A stretch of DNA of 64,000 nucleotides from Lama guanicoe (lineage: Eukaryota): NCBI GenBank assembly GCA_013239625.1, contig MU053557.1, forward strand, positions 875,063 through 939,062. Direction: 5' to 3'. Below, one piece after another: positions 24,901-37,620 of this stretch; position 1 is the first letter of the stretch; each line of letters starts with the position of its first letter. The notes below the pieces were generated by a model, which saw only the letters and a program-made list of their open reading frames with translations, was not told the DNA's origin and ran no database searches. Position numbers and translations under genes: made by a program.

Positions 24901-27029
24901 TTCATGTTCCTTTTCCAGATACCATGTTTAAAGCAGGGCAGCTGTAGCTTTCTCGTGGGGACTGAAAACTGAATCCACACTTGAGAGTTCTCAGGAAGAG
25001 GAAGAAACTTGAACTTCCATCTTGGGAACGGGCTACACTTTAAGAGCCTGATGCATCATATAAAGGTACTGATATATGGCTGATGTCTCTGCCTGAAAGC
25101 TGATAAAAATCCAAAAGAGAAAACACCCTGTTTATAGCACCCTTAATATACCCTGAAGGACGATGTTCTTGGGGACCCTATGACAGGAAAGAGACTGGGG
25201 AAGAATAGCTATCTTGTGCTCACTGATAACCCTCACAGTAAGTTCACTCGTGACATTGCTTTGGATTGCCCTCTGAACGAGAATTTCATGCTTGATGTAA
25301 GTCATCTCAAAACCCATGGAAAGAATTTGGGCAGAGGAAATGAGATATGTGTAATCTGCTTCGGCCTCTGTTCTATCCCGGCATCTTAAGCATCTCTCTT
25401 TTCCTTCTTTTCCTGAGTGGTTTGAAGCTTGACTTTGTTTTTCTAGTCACTTAGACCTTTTCCCAGCTGTGGTGTGGCAAGCCACAAGGGCAAGTCTAGG
25501 CGTGTCTTAGTCGCTTATTTTTATTTGGAAAATCTTGTTCAGAATATACATGGAGAATTTCTTTGTCCTTTAACTCTGAATTGACTTAACGTGGATGTTT
25601 CCTGACTTAGGTTCTCAAAATCAGACAAATCATTTGATCTCAAAGTGAAATCCAATGATTCTCCCAAGCCCTGCTTCTCCCTGCAAGGAGGTGATTTGCG
25701 ACACGTTTTAAGAGGGTGTTCCTCTGACCCTAAACTTGTATTTATAGTAGGGCTCTGAGTGAATGTGCTGGCCTCGGGAGTCAGTCAAGCAGCTATGTGT
25801 GTGGCTTCTGTACTTTGCCTAGAGAAGTAGAATGTATTTTTGTGTGTGCCTAGGGTCTGGAACAAGATAGAATGACATGTCACGAGTACTCCAGCTGACT
25901 CCTTGGACTGGGCTTGAATGACAGAGGGGTAAGAGAGAAAGAGCCAGCGCTGAAAGGATTTGTTTTCAAAGGCTCAAGTGAGAGAGTATGGCAGTGAGAC
26001 AGAGAGAAGGTCTGATCGCCGCACAGACATTGCAGTTGCTATCGCAGTTCTAGGACTGGCAGCTTTGGAAACCTCCATGCCTAGAGTGGCCATTGGGTGC
26101 AGAAATGATAAAGATGAGAAACACAAGTAGACTTGTTCTTGAGCACATTCGAGTCAACTCTGGGGATCCCCAGGAAGAAGCTGAGGGAGACTCTGAGGAG
26201 GTGGGCCTACAGTCCTCCAAAACTAGCGGACAAGACTGATCAGGGTTTGAGTCATCTTACCTCATTTGTATTTAAATGCATCTGGGGCCTGAGATGTCAG
26301 ACTGGCCATAAAAGCCCCAGGCAGGAGAGCATTTATCTGTGTGTGCGGTGGAACTTTAATAAAGAAGCTGGAGTGGGTCCCCTGGTAGAATTTCAATCAT
26401 TGTTCCTCATCGGCTTATCACATCTCTGACTCTAAAATGTCATCTAAAAATCTCTGCTTTCTGAATGACAAAGCAGAGAGTGTGAGGCTAGAAACAAACT
26501 GCCTGGCTAAACTCGGGGCTGCTTAGCATGTAAAATCTGGATGTGCCATTAACTTTGCTGAGCTGATCATCAAGACTGTGGCCTAGTGTTTGTGAAAGAG
26601 AGGCCAGGACCATGCTCTCTGAGCCGTTGATTTTCATCTAAACATTCTGCTGGATTGTGCATTGCTTTGGGAATCTGACTGGTGCACCATGTACCCATCT
26701 TCCCACTTACTTAGGAAGCTTGAAAGTTTTTTTTTTTCAAATTTCAAATTTTTAAAATTTCAAACAGAGCCACAAATGGAAGTATTTATGCTCTCCCACT
26801 TCCGTGAAAGATACAACAGGCCGTGCTGAAGCATTTCAGCAAGTGCTGTTTATGGCCGTGGCTGGGCACAGGTCCATCTCAGCTCCATCTCCAAAGAGTA
26901 CAGCCCCATGTGAGAAATGGATGATACTGGCTGGAGAAATGAATGATACTATCGAACAACATCAAAAGTCGTGTTCACCCACCATCTTTGTCTATTGAAT
27001 GAGTGATAAAGGAGCTTATATATATAGAA

Positions 27030-27230
27030 TGCCAGGAGAAAGAAAACAAACTAATACCCAACAGTAGGGGATTTAAGTAAGCAGGGTGTTTATCCTATAG
27101 AAGAATATGTTGCTACTTAAAATAATGACACGTTTGAGAGGAGTATCTAATAACATGGGGAGATACTTAGAGCGTCACGCTAAGCCAAAAACGTAGGTTA
27201 CAAACATGAATATATACCTCCTTATGGGAT
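27030..27230 (+). mobile_element. Old L1ME-like 3' fragment
   Basis: cccaacagtaggggatttaagtaa...aataacatggggagatactta...ggttacaaac. Confidence 0.55.
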
Positions 27231-28442
27231 GTTCCAAGCCCTTGATATGTGGCAGCATTAAGGCCGTGCTTGCTCTGCTGGTAGACACAGTAGGTCTTTT
27301 CTCTTCCTTAGACCACATGGAAGGATGCTGACTTAATTGGCCGTATCCTCCAAAGCTCATTAGTCTAGGTACCACTTCCTCAGTAAGAGCTTGCATTTCC
27401 CCCTGTTCTGACTCAAGACCACTTGAAATATATAAGATGATGGTCTGTCCATCCTCTGCTGTCACTTACCTGTTACTCAGCATTTTGAAAACAACTGTAG
27501 ACACCAATATCCTACTTGTCTTCTGCATGCCAGCACTGGTATAAAAGCCAATCACAAGGCACTTGTCATTGTTTTTATATGATAACTTTGTAATTTTATT
27601 TAGACAGGAGCATTTTGTGTTGATAAATCTCGGCAGATTACCAAGTCAGAATACATTTATTAAAACACCAATTAGATCGTGCTCCCTCATCCATCACAAG
27701 ACCTTTAATTCTTGTGTGGTTTTGGCGGGGTGTTCCAGGAACCATGTTCACCTGAGTAAATGACTTAAATCAAATTGTCATTTTGAAAGGATTACCTTTC
27801 TGGAAATTTCAAGGCAAGCCATTCTTTATATACTCTCTGAGTAATAAGCAGTATTGTTTCAAGCCTTCCTACTCCATTGTTGGGGTACAGCATGGGAAAT
27901 AGCGAGTCTAGGAGGCTGAAGCTGAAAGGTGATAATTTTCCAAAGGGAGATAATCTCCCCGGGTGCCCTTGGAATTGGAAAGAGCACACCAGTGACATGA
28001 TCTCAGTGGAAAGTGGAATTAGCAACAGTCAGGGTCTGGAAGAAGAGATGGGGCCAGTGAGAAGAGCAGATGCTGTTCCCTAAATGAGTGTTTTGGGTGT
28101 TCATAAGATGAACATGATGTCTTTTCCCTCCCTTCTCCCAACTTTTGTTTTCTGCCAGCCAGTAGACAAGAATAGTATTTCTATTTTCCTGAAATGTCTT
28201 TTCAGGGTTGGGTATTCTGCTACTTACTGCCTGCCACTGACACCTTGCATGAAAACATCTGTAGCAGGTGCCAGTAAAAGAGCTTCTCCCAAAGGAGAAG
28301 ACAGAAAAGAAGACAGGAGTTGGGCAGGAAGGAAGGTAGAATATAAGGAAGCAGAGATGAGAAAAATGCAGTAGATTGAGTCGGAAGGAAACTTCTTTAG
28401 TAAGTCTTTATTGAGCACTTATTTGGGGCAAGGCGTTAAGAG

Positions 28443-28960
28443 TGTATTGGGTTGAAAATGACAAAAATCCAACGTGAGCAAGCTCAAACAAAAGACAGTT
28501 TATTTGAAGGGTGCTGGTGTAGCTTACAGAATACAGAGAAGAGAAGAAAGCTGGGTTTCCTATGACTTATGTTTCCCTCTACAAGGTGTTTTCATTCTCT
28601 TTAACTATAGGACGTTCCTGCCTGAACACGAGGGAACATGACCTCAGGCAGTGAACTAACACCACTTTATTTGAGTGACCCAAGATTTGACAGGTCAGCT
28701 TAAACAGTCTTGTGAAGGACTCTGGTCCAGCATGAGTCCAACACCTTCCTTTAACCAATCATGAGGCGTTGGGGTGGGAATGGTAGGCTGACTGGCCAGA
28801 CCTGGGTCATGCCTCCATATTTGGCTGGTGACAGGGTACCATGATTGACAGTTACCAAGACAACCACCTTGTGAGTTGAAGAGAAGCTATGCCCCAAGAA
28901 ATGAAGGAGTATTACAAGAAAAGGTGAAATTAGGGGTGGGAAATGATAGCAAACTTTGCC
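28443..28960 (-). mobile_element. Old MaLR LTR (MLT1J/K/M-like)
   Basis: gggttgaaaatgacaaaaatccaac; ctttaaccaatca; gactggccagacctgggtcatgcc. Confidence 0.65.
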
Positions 28961-29599
28961 TGAACAACAACAATTAAAGGGAACTAAAATGAGAAATATA
29001 AAGATGAATAAGGTAGACAGGGAGAGCCTGTTAGGAAACTAAGACATGTTCACAAATACCTTTAACATCCAGAGATCAAAGCAAAAAGTTAAAAAAAGAG
29101 AGAGACAGACAGACAGACGGACGGTCAGAGAGAAGAGAAATAGAAAAAAGAAGGAAATGGGTTGAGGAAGGAGCAGATAGGTTATAGGCTGTAAGATGAT
29201 GAAAATGATAGCAATGGGGGAAAAGAAGTAAATGCAAAATGAAATGTCCAAGCTCCGCTAGACTACATGATGTCTCAGAGAACACGGTCCCTGTGCAGGT
29301 TCCTTGTGTGGTCATTTTCTTTTTTTTAAAACAAAGCAGAGCAGCAACACCAGAGACTTCATTTTCCCTTCTAACTTTGGAAATGTGCTTATCTTCCAGT
29401 TACTAATTAGCTTTGTTTCATATTCCATGGGCATAACTCACTGTTTACTTAAAATAAAAAGATAGAACATTTGGAATGGGAATTACTGACCAAGATGGAG
29501 GAGAACACCCAGAGATGCTGAGGGAAGTGAGGAAAGGTCAGGCGGCGTAAGAGAATGAGATCTCTGTGTTTGTCATGTTGGCTGTGGCAGATGCGTTTT

Positions 29600-29728
29600 A
29601 CTAGGAGTCAGAGAATTGGCTACTATACCTGGCTGTGAAACCAACTTTTTGTGTTGCCTCAGGCAAGTCATTTCACTTCTATAGACCTCAAATTTCTCAT
29701 CTCCACAGTGACACAGATTGAATTAAAT
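29600..29728 (+). mobile_element. MIR fragment
   Basis: ggagtcagag...ggcaagtcatttcacttctatagacctcaaatttctcatct. Confidence 0.7.
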
Positions 29729-30056
29729 CAGGGATGGCAAACTGTTTCATCGTAAGTGCCAATTCTGATCAATTAACTGTGAGAAGAACTGTGTCTGGAT
29801 TCAGTGAGAAAGACTTTAAGCAACGAGACAGGTAATATGGTCAGCCATCAACTGCCATTAGTGCTTCAGTGGGAACTGGTTTCCTAGGATCTTTCCATGT
29901 GACAGATGAGGCCTTTTCTCCCCCTGGGGAAGAGTGTGAGGGTACTGCTCTAGACTCCCATCCCTCCAGCCAAACAAACAGAGGGTCTCTCCATCTTTAC
30001 TGGCAACATCCCTGGAATGAATTTTCTGCATATTGCTTTCCCAGTTAACATTTTAT

Positions 30057-30215
30057 AGAGGTTTGCAGCTATTTTTTTTAAACATAGCTCCTTGAGAATC
30101 TAATAATAGTTATAGACCTCCTACCAAAACACAAAAATATCCCGGTTTTTTTGCATAAAATTTTAAGGATTTTATAGTCCTCCTAAAGACCAAACGTACA
30201 ACCCCAAGGAAGCCC
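30057..30215. mobile_element. MER103-like hAT MITE
   Basis: ccttgagaatctaataatagttatagacctc...ttttgcataaaattttaagg. Confidence 0.6.
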
Positions 30216-30689
30216 TCCACAACCATTGATAATAAATGGCAATGTTACTTTAACATCATGTCAAAATATTTGCAATTATAAATTATGAAATTTAAAAAAA
30301 ATCCATTATGTATGTTACCTCTGTCAAAACTGTAGCAGCCCACCTGCATATACATACTAAATGTTTAGTTCAGTCAATAGAAAAAGCATAAGGATTTGTT
30401 TTCTTAAATGACTGTTTGTTTCACGTAAGTATGATAGCAATTAAGTAGTCAGTCACTTTAGAGATGAAGAGGCTTGGTTTAGTTTTTTCACAAGTACGAA
30501 GAGGTGGTTTTGGCTCCTTCATGTCTATGTCAGTTCTAATGCACAGAGTATCTAGTATATTGTTAAATAATTCACCAACACACCATTTACTAGTGGAGTC
30601 GAATTCAGCTCTTTATCTCAGTTGGTGTAAGTAGATGAATGCACTTACTTGTTAAAATGCACATTGCTAGGTCCAGAACACACAATTTT

Positions 30690-30780
30690 GGATCTCTTAG
30701 CCAAGAAATACGCATTTTTAAAACATTCTCGGGGTGATTGTGATGCTCCCAGGATTCCCCTTTGAGAAACATTGCACTAG
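30690..30780. mobile_element. MER5-family fragment
   Basis: gcatttttaaaacattctcggggtgattgtgatgc...tttgagaaacattg. Confidence 0.55.
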
Positions 30781-31339
30781 TGTGAGGCAAAAATCTTATT
30801 TTTATTCTGATACAGTGCCTTGCACAAAATAGACAGTAAGTGCTTATTAACTTGAATTATTCCTGCTTTGGTGAATCATGGGGAAATTGCCTGGGCTCAG
30901 AAATGTTTTCGCAGAGCATTGCATACTGTAATACACGAAGCGACGGAAAATGTTAACACCAAACCATATGTCTCAGGAATCACAACTAAATTTCCTATAG
31001 GATGTTTTTTTCAATATGTTGATCCTTTTAAGCTGCTCATTTTCTAATCCTAGAAAAGGAGCCATGAACATTCTATAATTCAGTAACAATAAAACACATG
31101 ATTTGGTGACTTCTTTTTCTATTATTCTAATGCACCTTGCAAATGGATGCTTTTTGCTGATATGTACATTTAGGTCATCTTAGTGACATCTCATTACTGT
31201 TTGAAATTGCTCTGATTTTCATTCAAAAATGAAACCAAAATCACCTCTTTTTTCAATTGTGAGTAGGATGCTTTTCAATGATTCACTAGAGTTAAAGGTA
31301 AATGGAATCACATACGTTCACTCCGATTATGAATTAGGA

Positions 31340-31485
31340 ACATTGGAAGGTGCTTTATAGCCATTGTGCTGACTAAGTCTCACCACAGCCCCTTTAAGAA
31401 GTGATTGTTCTACAGATGAAGACACAGATTCGGAGTAGTAAATCACTCAAAGTCACCCAGCTCGTAGCCAGTAGAACTGGAAATT
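31340..31485 (-). mobile_element. MIR fragment
   Basis: tacagatgaagacacagattcggag...caaagtcacccagctcgtagc. Confidence 0.7.
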
Positions 31486-31844
31486 GTTTTTAGCAAACAT
31501 TTTAATGACCCTTTTCCAGCATACGTGTGCTTCTAGAACTTTGGAAAAGAAACTTCATGTATCATGACTGTAATTTGTCAGTGGTCCACCTGGGCCAGAG
31601 GGAATGTTTTATTTTGGATCAGATTTATACTTCAGTGGCAAAGGTTATAACGAAGCCTGATTATATAAATATATACAAAGCTCCTGAATATTTGGAGAAA
31701 AACAGGTTATTGACAAGACTTCAGTTTATCCAAATTGCTCTCATATGCTAATCTAATTTTATCTTCTAGGTCAAGCTCAATTTTTCCTGAATTACCTCAG
31801 TTTTCTTTTCCTATTGCTTCTTATGTTCTCTTTATGTGCTAGAT

Positions 31845-31863
31845 ACACACACACACACACACA
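31845..31863. repeat. (CA)n microsatellite
   Basis: Seen directly. Confidence 0.85.
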
Positions 31864-31919
31864 TGCAGGTGTACATACAGTTAATCTTCATAGCTGACAT
31901 AGGCAATAGACATTACTGC

Positions 31920-32055
31920 CATAATTATTCCCATTTGACTCCTGGAAAAACAGATTTGTAGCCAGATGAAGTGATTTATTCAAGGCCATACAAATTAAGT
32001 GGCAGAACCAGGGTTTGTTCCCAAGTCTGCCTGACTTTGAAAGCCTGTCCTCATA
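31920..32055 (-). mobile_element. MIR fragment
   Basis: aagtgatttattcaaggccatacaaattaagtggcagaaccagggtttg...gtctgcctgact. Confidence 0.75.
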
Positions 32056-32067
32056 GCTTTCAACTCC

Positions 32068-32520
32068 AGCAGGTGTCACAAACTCAAATGCCAGACTAGG
32101 CATGAAAATAAGTGTAGCTGGTCAGGATTAAAAGAAGAAACAGCTTGGCTCTCTTGGCCACTTGTCTGTTTTTCCACTTTGTATAGGAACCTGGGTACAG
32201 AGAAGCATTTCTCTGCGATTAGAAAATGATGGGTCAAGTGCAGTGATAAAGTGCAAGCGATGTCTGTGGCTGGCATTGAGAAGCCACAGAAAGCAGTGCA
32301 TGCTGTAGGGACCTGGGCCATCTAAGGGGGCAGTCATTTCTGCACTCAAGCCCCCTGCTGCATAAGAACGTAACAATCCAGATTTCCTGAGTGTTCAAGA
32401 AAAATTGCAACTCTAGATTTGTATGTAACATCTCCTAATTTTTAAAAATTGTCTTATAGTTTAAGAAAAATTATTTCAAAGTGTCTGCTAAAAATAACGG
32501 ATACTCTGGCCAAATCAAGT
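32068..32520. mobile_element. MER102-like hAT-Charlie element
   Basis: gtcacaaactcaaatgcc; catctaagggggcagtca; ttcaagaaaaattgcaactctagatttgtatgtaacatctcctaatttttaaa. Confidence 0.65.
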
Positions 32521-34049
32521 CTCTAGACCTCTTATTTTCTGCCTCTGTAATTATTGCTTCCTTGACATTTAATAATAAACAGAAAACCAGCAGATGACAT
32601 AGCAGCCAGCTTTTCTGACTTCCCAAGTAGATGTGAGAAGTTCCTCCTCCTGCTTTATTAGATGGGCCCATTCTTTCTTAGTGTGCCTGGTGGCGTTAAC
32701 ATGTCTGCAATAATGATGATGTTTGAAGTCCTTGAAACTTTGTCTTTCCTGTTCTAAATACTGGGTCACACCCTTTTGTGTATGAAGAACACTGTGGTGG
32801 TATGTATTATTTCTTTGTCGTTGTCATTGCTGTCACCAGGTTTTTAAACTAATGCATAGTCTTGGTTAGGAGCCTGCCAGTGGAAGCAGCTGCCCTCGGG
32901 TGTCATGTTATCATCTGCTGATTATGCTGGCCCAAGAAGGCAGTGGGAAGTGGTTCTCACCACATGCGACATCACCAGCCGACAGAACCCTCAGCTCTAC
33001 TAATCTGTGAAATTGTTTCCCACTTTGCAGCACACTAAAAGCTAATTGCGTTCTTCAGTGAAACAAAACTGTGCACTGGGCCATTTTGTTGAGCTGAGAA
33101 ATTACTCATCTGTGACAGTCGCCTTATCTCAGGGGTTGTTACAGAAATGTTTACTGTTCGGACATAATTAACTCTCAAGAGTGAGCTGACCACATGGGCA
33201 ACTTTACCTTTCTGGGTGATCTTTTGTCTCTTATTTTAAAGCCCGAAATCCACTCTCCAGCCAAGAAGTGACACCCCTTTATTCGACATTAGAAGTGGTC
33301 ATGTGTTTGTGGCTGATGCAGGGATCAGTAGTTAACCTGATTGTACTTCACAGAGGACAAAGCAACATTCATAAACATACTATTTGGCATGCGGATGTTA
33401 AATGAGGGAGGAACGTGTAGCTTATGAAATACTATTTCTGCTGTGAATTACGGTAATCCTCTTAAAAGGCCAGAAGGAGGGAAGATTAAGGCCCCTTGGC
33501 CTCATGCATCCTCTCATTTACTTACACCCCCGTTTTTCAATCAGTCTTGATGTCATGCAATACATTGATACCCTTTTGGATTTGGTACAAGGAGTTGATT
33601 GCAACTGAACAAACCTGATAATGTTTTAAAGGAATCACCCAAAGCTGACTCTCTCATTCTAGCTGAAGTGATCAGAATGTTGGCCTAATCAGTATCTAAA
33701 ATACTTGTCATAGCACAGTTGGATGTAGTGGTAGTTACTATGCAGTGGGTCACATAAAGCACTTTGTTCTGCATTTTTAATGTCATGCACCTTGTGGGAA
33801 GCAACTGAGTGAAGGTGCCTTTAGTCTGAATATCAACACGCATTTCCAAGACTATTAGCTGGGTGGACCATCTCTGAGGAAATGAGAGGAGCAGAGTTTT
33901 TTGTGTCATTTCAAAGTGGAGAAGGGAGGCACATGAAGAAGGGAGCTGAGAAATGTGCTGTGGGCTTAGGTGGGGAGGGCACCGGAGGGAAGTGATAGGA
34001 TCTGTGGGGTTCACAGTTTTTCTGGGTTTCTTAAAAAGATATTCCTGGT

Positions 34050-34745
34050 ATTTTTTTCTTTATTATTTTTTTTAGCTTCATAAAAAATGGTAGTATTTTG
34101 AAGAGAAATAACACCATATGGGATTATATAAAGGAAAAACTGATTGTTGACCCCTTACCCTCTTCATTCTGCTGAACAGATAAGACCTTAACGTATCTTA
34201 GTCTCTGTAACTTGCAAGGTTCCCTTGTTTATAAATCAGAGGTAACAATGGTATCACCCTCACAGGTTTGTTGTGAGGTTTAAATGAATTAACGTATGGA
34301 AAGAGGGGAAAGCAGTGTCATTTCAGATCAGTGTGTCTATTTGCCTGTTGATCTAATCTACCTACTAGCATGTGATTCCTCCACTTGCTTTTCACCAGAC
34401 CAAGTTATCAGGAATGTCACTTCGTATTCTCACAGTGACTTAACTGATTCTTTCAACATCAGCTTTACATTTCAAAACGTGAATCTGCAATAATTATCAG
34501 TCCCCTTTAAATGAACACATTATTAGGCTGCTACAAACAGAATTCCGCAGTAAATATCCTTGCAGATAGGCCCATTCCATATTACCCTAGAAGTGGGATG
34601 GCTTGGACAAAGGATCTACATATTTAAGTTTGATAAATATTACCAATTGTGTTTCAAACCAGTTGAGTTGATTTACACTTCTGTTAATAGTATCTGGGAT
34701 TTCCCTTCTCTCCAAACTTTTGCCAGCATTAATGGAGAGGGGATT
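34050..34745 (-). mobile_element. Degraded L1ME-like fragments with a plus-strand MIR piece at ~34185-34320
   Basis: ccctagaagtgggatggcttggacaaagg...tttgataaatattaccaattg; MIR ccctcacaggtttgttgtgaggtttaaatga. Confidence 0.6.
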
Positions 34746-35309
34746 TTGTTGTGTGGTGGCTGTTGTTTTTGTGTAATCGTGTGCTCATGAGTACACTGTA
34801 ATGTTCGTGTGTGTATGTGTGTGTGCATGTGTATGTGTAGTTTTATCTTGACTCCACTCTCCGGCACATTGCTTTCAGCCATCCACACACCTAGGGGGCA
34901 AAGAGCAGCTGTGTTTGTAGGAGTGTATTTATAGAGCTGCTCTATCTAGTTCCCCATGGAAACAGCATTGGTTTTAACTCAGTGACTGTTGTATAGATGT
35001 GACTCCAGAGTAGAAGCTGTCCAAGTCTTGACTCTTTTTTCCTCTCTGTTGTTCTAAAGCTAAAGTCTTGTGGGACTTTAATAAGTGTTTATACTTTGCA
35101 AGAGGTAGATATGCTGTAGTGGCAAATGGAGCTGACTGCCAACCACCGATTATGATTACCACGTTTCTTAAATATCTCTTGCACTGCCCTGCCATACTGT
35201 TGAGCCTTCTCTTCTAAGGATTGAATTTTTAGAGACCATATGAAAAACGATGCACTTTATTTTATCTTTCTGTCCTCCCTTTAAAAGGCTATTGTTTCTG
35301 GCCTAGGGA

Positions 35310-35515
35310 ATTTGTGTCATGGAAAGAAAACTGACCTTAGGGTCAGGAGACCTAGAGTCTAGTCCCAGGATAGCAGGTAGTTAAGACACTAGAGGACTAG
35401 GTCTAAGTGTCGCTCTGTCAGCTGCTTCCTAGGCAATACTAGGGAAAATATTTAACTTTTTAAAAAAGATTTAGTTTCTTCCTGCATAAAATGGTTGTAA
35501 TAATATTTCAAATTG
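35310..35515 (+). mobile_element. MIR fragment
   Basis: tggaaagaaaactgaccttagggtcaggagacct...agtttcttcctgcataaaatgg. Confidence 0.6.
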
Positions 35516-35524
35516 CTGTTGATC

Positions 35525-35900
35525 AACATTCCTGATTGTAGATTACAAAAATTGACTCTGGATGTTTCAAGCAAAAGAGCATTTACTGCAAATGTATCAG
35601 GACTTCTTAGATTAATAGGAGGCTATTCAGTTCCAGAAGACAAGAAATGAGGTCCTCGGAAGGTTGGCTACAAGCACAATCTGGCTGGAGTGCCCGTGGT
35701 CTCCACTGTGAATAAATTCACATACACATTCATGTCTCACCATTTCCCCAAGGTTTCAGTTTCCAAATGGTAGTCATCAGTTGGCCAAGCCTGAGTTAAG
35801 ACCGCAATACCCAGGCTGCCAGGGACAAGGAGAAGAAGTAACTGCCTCATTTCTCCTCTCTGATGGAACACATAATGCTGCCTCCAACGAGACCATGAAG
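35525..35900 (-). mobile_element. Old MaLR LTR fragment
   Basis: aaattgactctggatgtttcaagcaaaagagcatttact; ttggccaagcctgagt. Confidence 0.5.
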
Positions 35901-35904
35901 GAAG

Positions 35905-36125
35905 AGTACTGGAATGATTAATAGCATGGATTTGAGATCCAGGTGCCCTGGGTTCAAGTCCTGGCCCAAATCCTTAATCCATTTATGCATCGTGGGTAAA
36001 ATGAGGATGGTTGAGATATTTACCTCATTAGAATTATCCTAAGGATTGAATGCATCAGTAGGTGTCAAGTTCTTAGAACAATATCTGACACACAATAAGC
36101 CCACCAGATGTTATCTCTTAATATT
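35905..36125 (+). mobile_element. MIR SINE
   Basis: agcatggatttgag...ctgggttcaagtcctggc...aaaatgaggat...cttagaacaatatctgacacacaataagc. Confidence 0.8.
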
Positions 36126-36446
36126 ATTAATTTTCTCAGCTAGGAAGGAGTTAATACTGGACAGCCAAACACAAACATAACAGCTAACAAACAAGCCTGC
36201 CCCACCAGTATCAACACTGACACATTATAAGCATTCAGGACTGAGGGCAGTTTTTCTTATTGCTCTTTATGGATTCCAGCTCTGCAACTAACTTGCTTTC
36301 AACAGTCTAGGGTATTATTACTATCTTCATCTATAAAATGAGAATGTGGCACGGGACAGTTAAGATATCTGACAATTCTAAAATACTATTGTGGGATTCA
36401 GGAAACTTCAGGGAGACTCTGTTGGGAAAAGATAGAGAATGGCCTA

Positions 36447-36718
36447 CAGCTTTGTTGCCCAGTAAGATAGATACCAGCCGCATGTGGTTGTTAAGCACTT
36501 GAAATGAGGCCAGCCTCAACTGAGATGTGCTGTAAGAGTAAAATACACAGTAGATGTCAAAGGCTTCGTACAGAAAGAAAGCATTCTAACAGTAATTTTT
36601 AAAGTATATATAGGGTTAAATAAAACATATTCTAAAAATTAATCCCTCCCTTTTCTTTTTACCTTTTTTTAAATGTGGCTACCAGAAAATTTAAAATAAC
36701 TTACATGGCTCACATAAG
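36447..36718. mobile_element. MER33-like hAT element
   Basis: agccgcatgtggttgttaagcacttgaaatg...aactgagatgtgctgtaagagtaaaatacac...aaatgtggctaccagaaaatttaaaat. Confidence 0.8.
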
Positions 36719-36787
36719 TGAGTGCTTATGTGAGTGGCCAGTGCTTACGCAGCTGAGTACTCTGGAAACATTTTAATGTTTGGTCCC

Positions 36788-37360
36788 TGTGTTAATCAAG
36801 ATATTTTCATTTTCAGTGGACAAAAATCGAACTTGCTCTGGGAAAAAAAAAATAAGGAGTGATTGGAAGATAATGGCTCACACATAGCTGAAAAGTGTAG
36901 GAATAGCCAATCTTCAGACTTGACTAGATCCGAGAGCTAAATCTATGGCATTAACACTCTGTGTGAGCATATATGTGAACTCTGTGTGTCCGTCTGTTTG
37001 CTCTGTTTCCCACAGTGTTGACCTCACTCCTAGGCAAGTTCTCACTTCGTGGTAGCCACAGTACCAATACATCTAAAGCTTTATACCTCCTAGTCTAGGA
37101 GAACAAGAGATGGTCCCATTCCCTTAGTTCCAGCAAATCTAGCTTGGGTCACGTGCCCATACCTGCACCAATCACTGTGTCATGGTATATTAATTATCCT
37201 TTGCTTAGCCAGGCCTGGGTCACTGGGCACTCCCTGGAGCACAGGTGGAGACAGTCATTTGAACCCAATGAGCTGAGGATGAGAGTCACCAAGAAAATAT
37301 GGCTTTTCCTAATACTGTCAAAATGGCTGCTGGGCAGGGAAAATCAATCATCAAAGGCTG
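36788..37360 (-). mobile_element. Old MaLR LTR (MLT1J/K-like)
   Basis: ttgggtcacgtgcccatacctgcaccaatcactgtg; gccaggcctgggtca; atggctgctgggcag. Confidence 0.75.
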
Positions 37361-37399
37361 TCAGTGGGGAGAAAGAGTGTTCCTTTTCCTCTGTTCCTT

Positions 37400-37620
37400 A
37401 TCTCATGCTGACCTGAGCCATCAGCCTGCAAGTCATCATCTTCTACTTCTTCCTCACACACTTCATCCAGTTGGCCAGTGAATCCTACTAATATACCTCT
37501 TTGCTTCATACATACCCTAACAGCCTCTGCCTCTTAACTAGCTTCCTATCTGTTCTCCTTGGTTTTAATCTTCTTTTGCTGAAATCCAAAATCTATTCTC
37601 AGTACTACTTGCAGAGTAAT
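37400..37620 (+). mobile_element. L2 fragment, left half (continues at 47360)
   Basis: catccagttggccagtgaatcc; cagcctctgcctcttaactagcttcc; aatctattctc...gcagagtaat. Confidence 0.6.

Noticed and set aside
29729..29880. Possible ancient hAT-like DNA transposon starting cagggatggcaaa
   Set aside because: Only one terminus is recognisable and I cannot name the family reliably.
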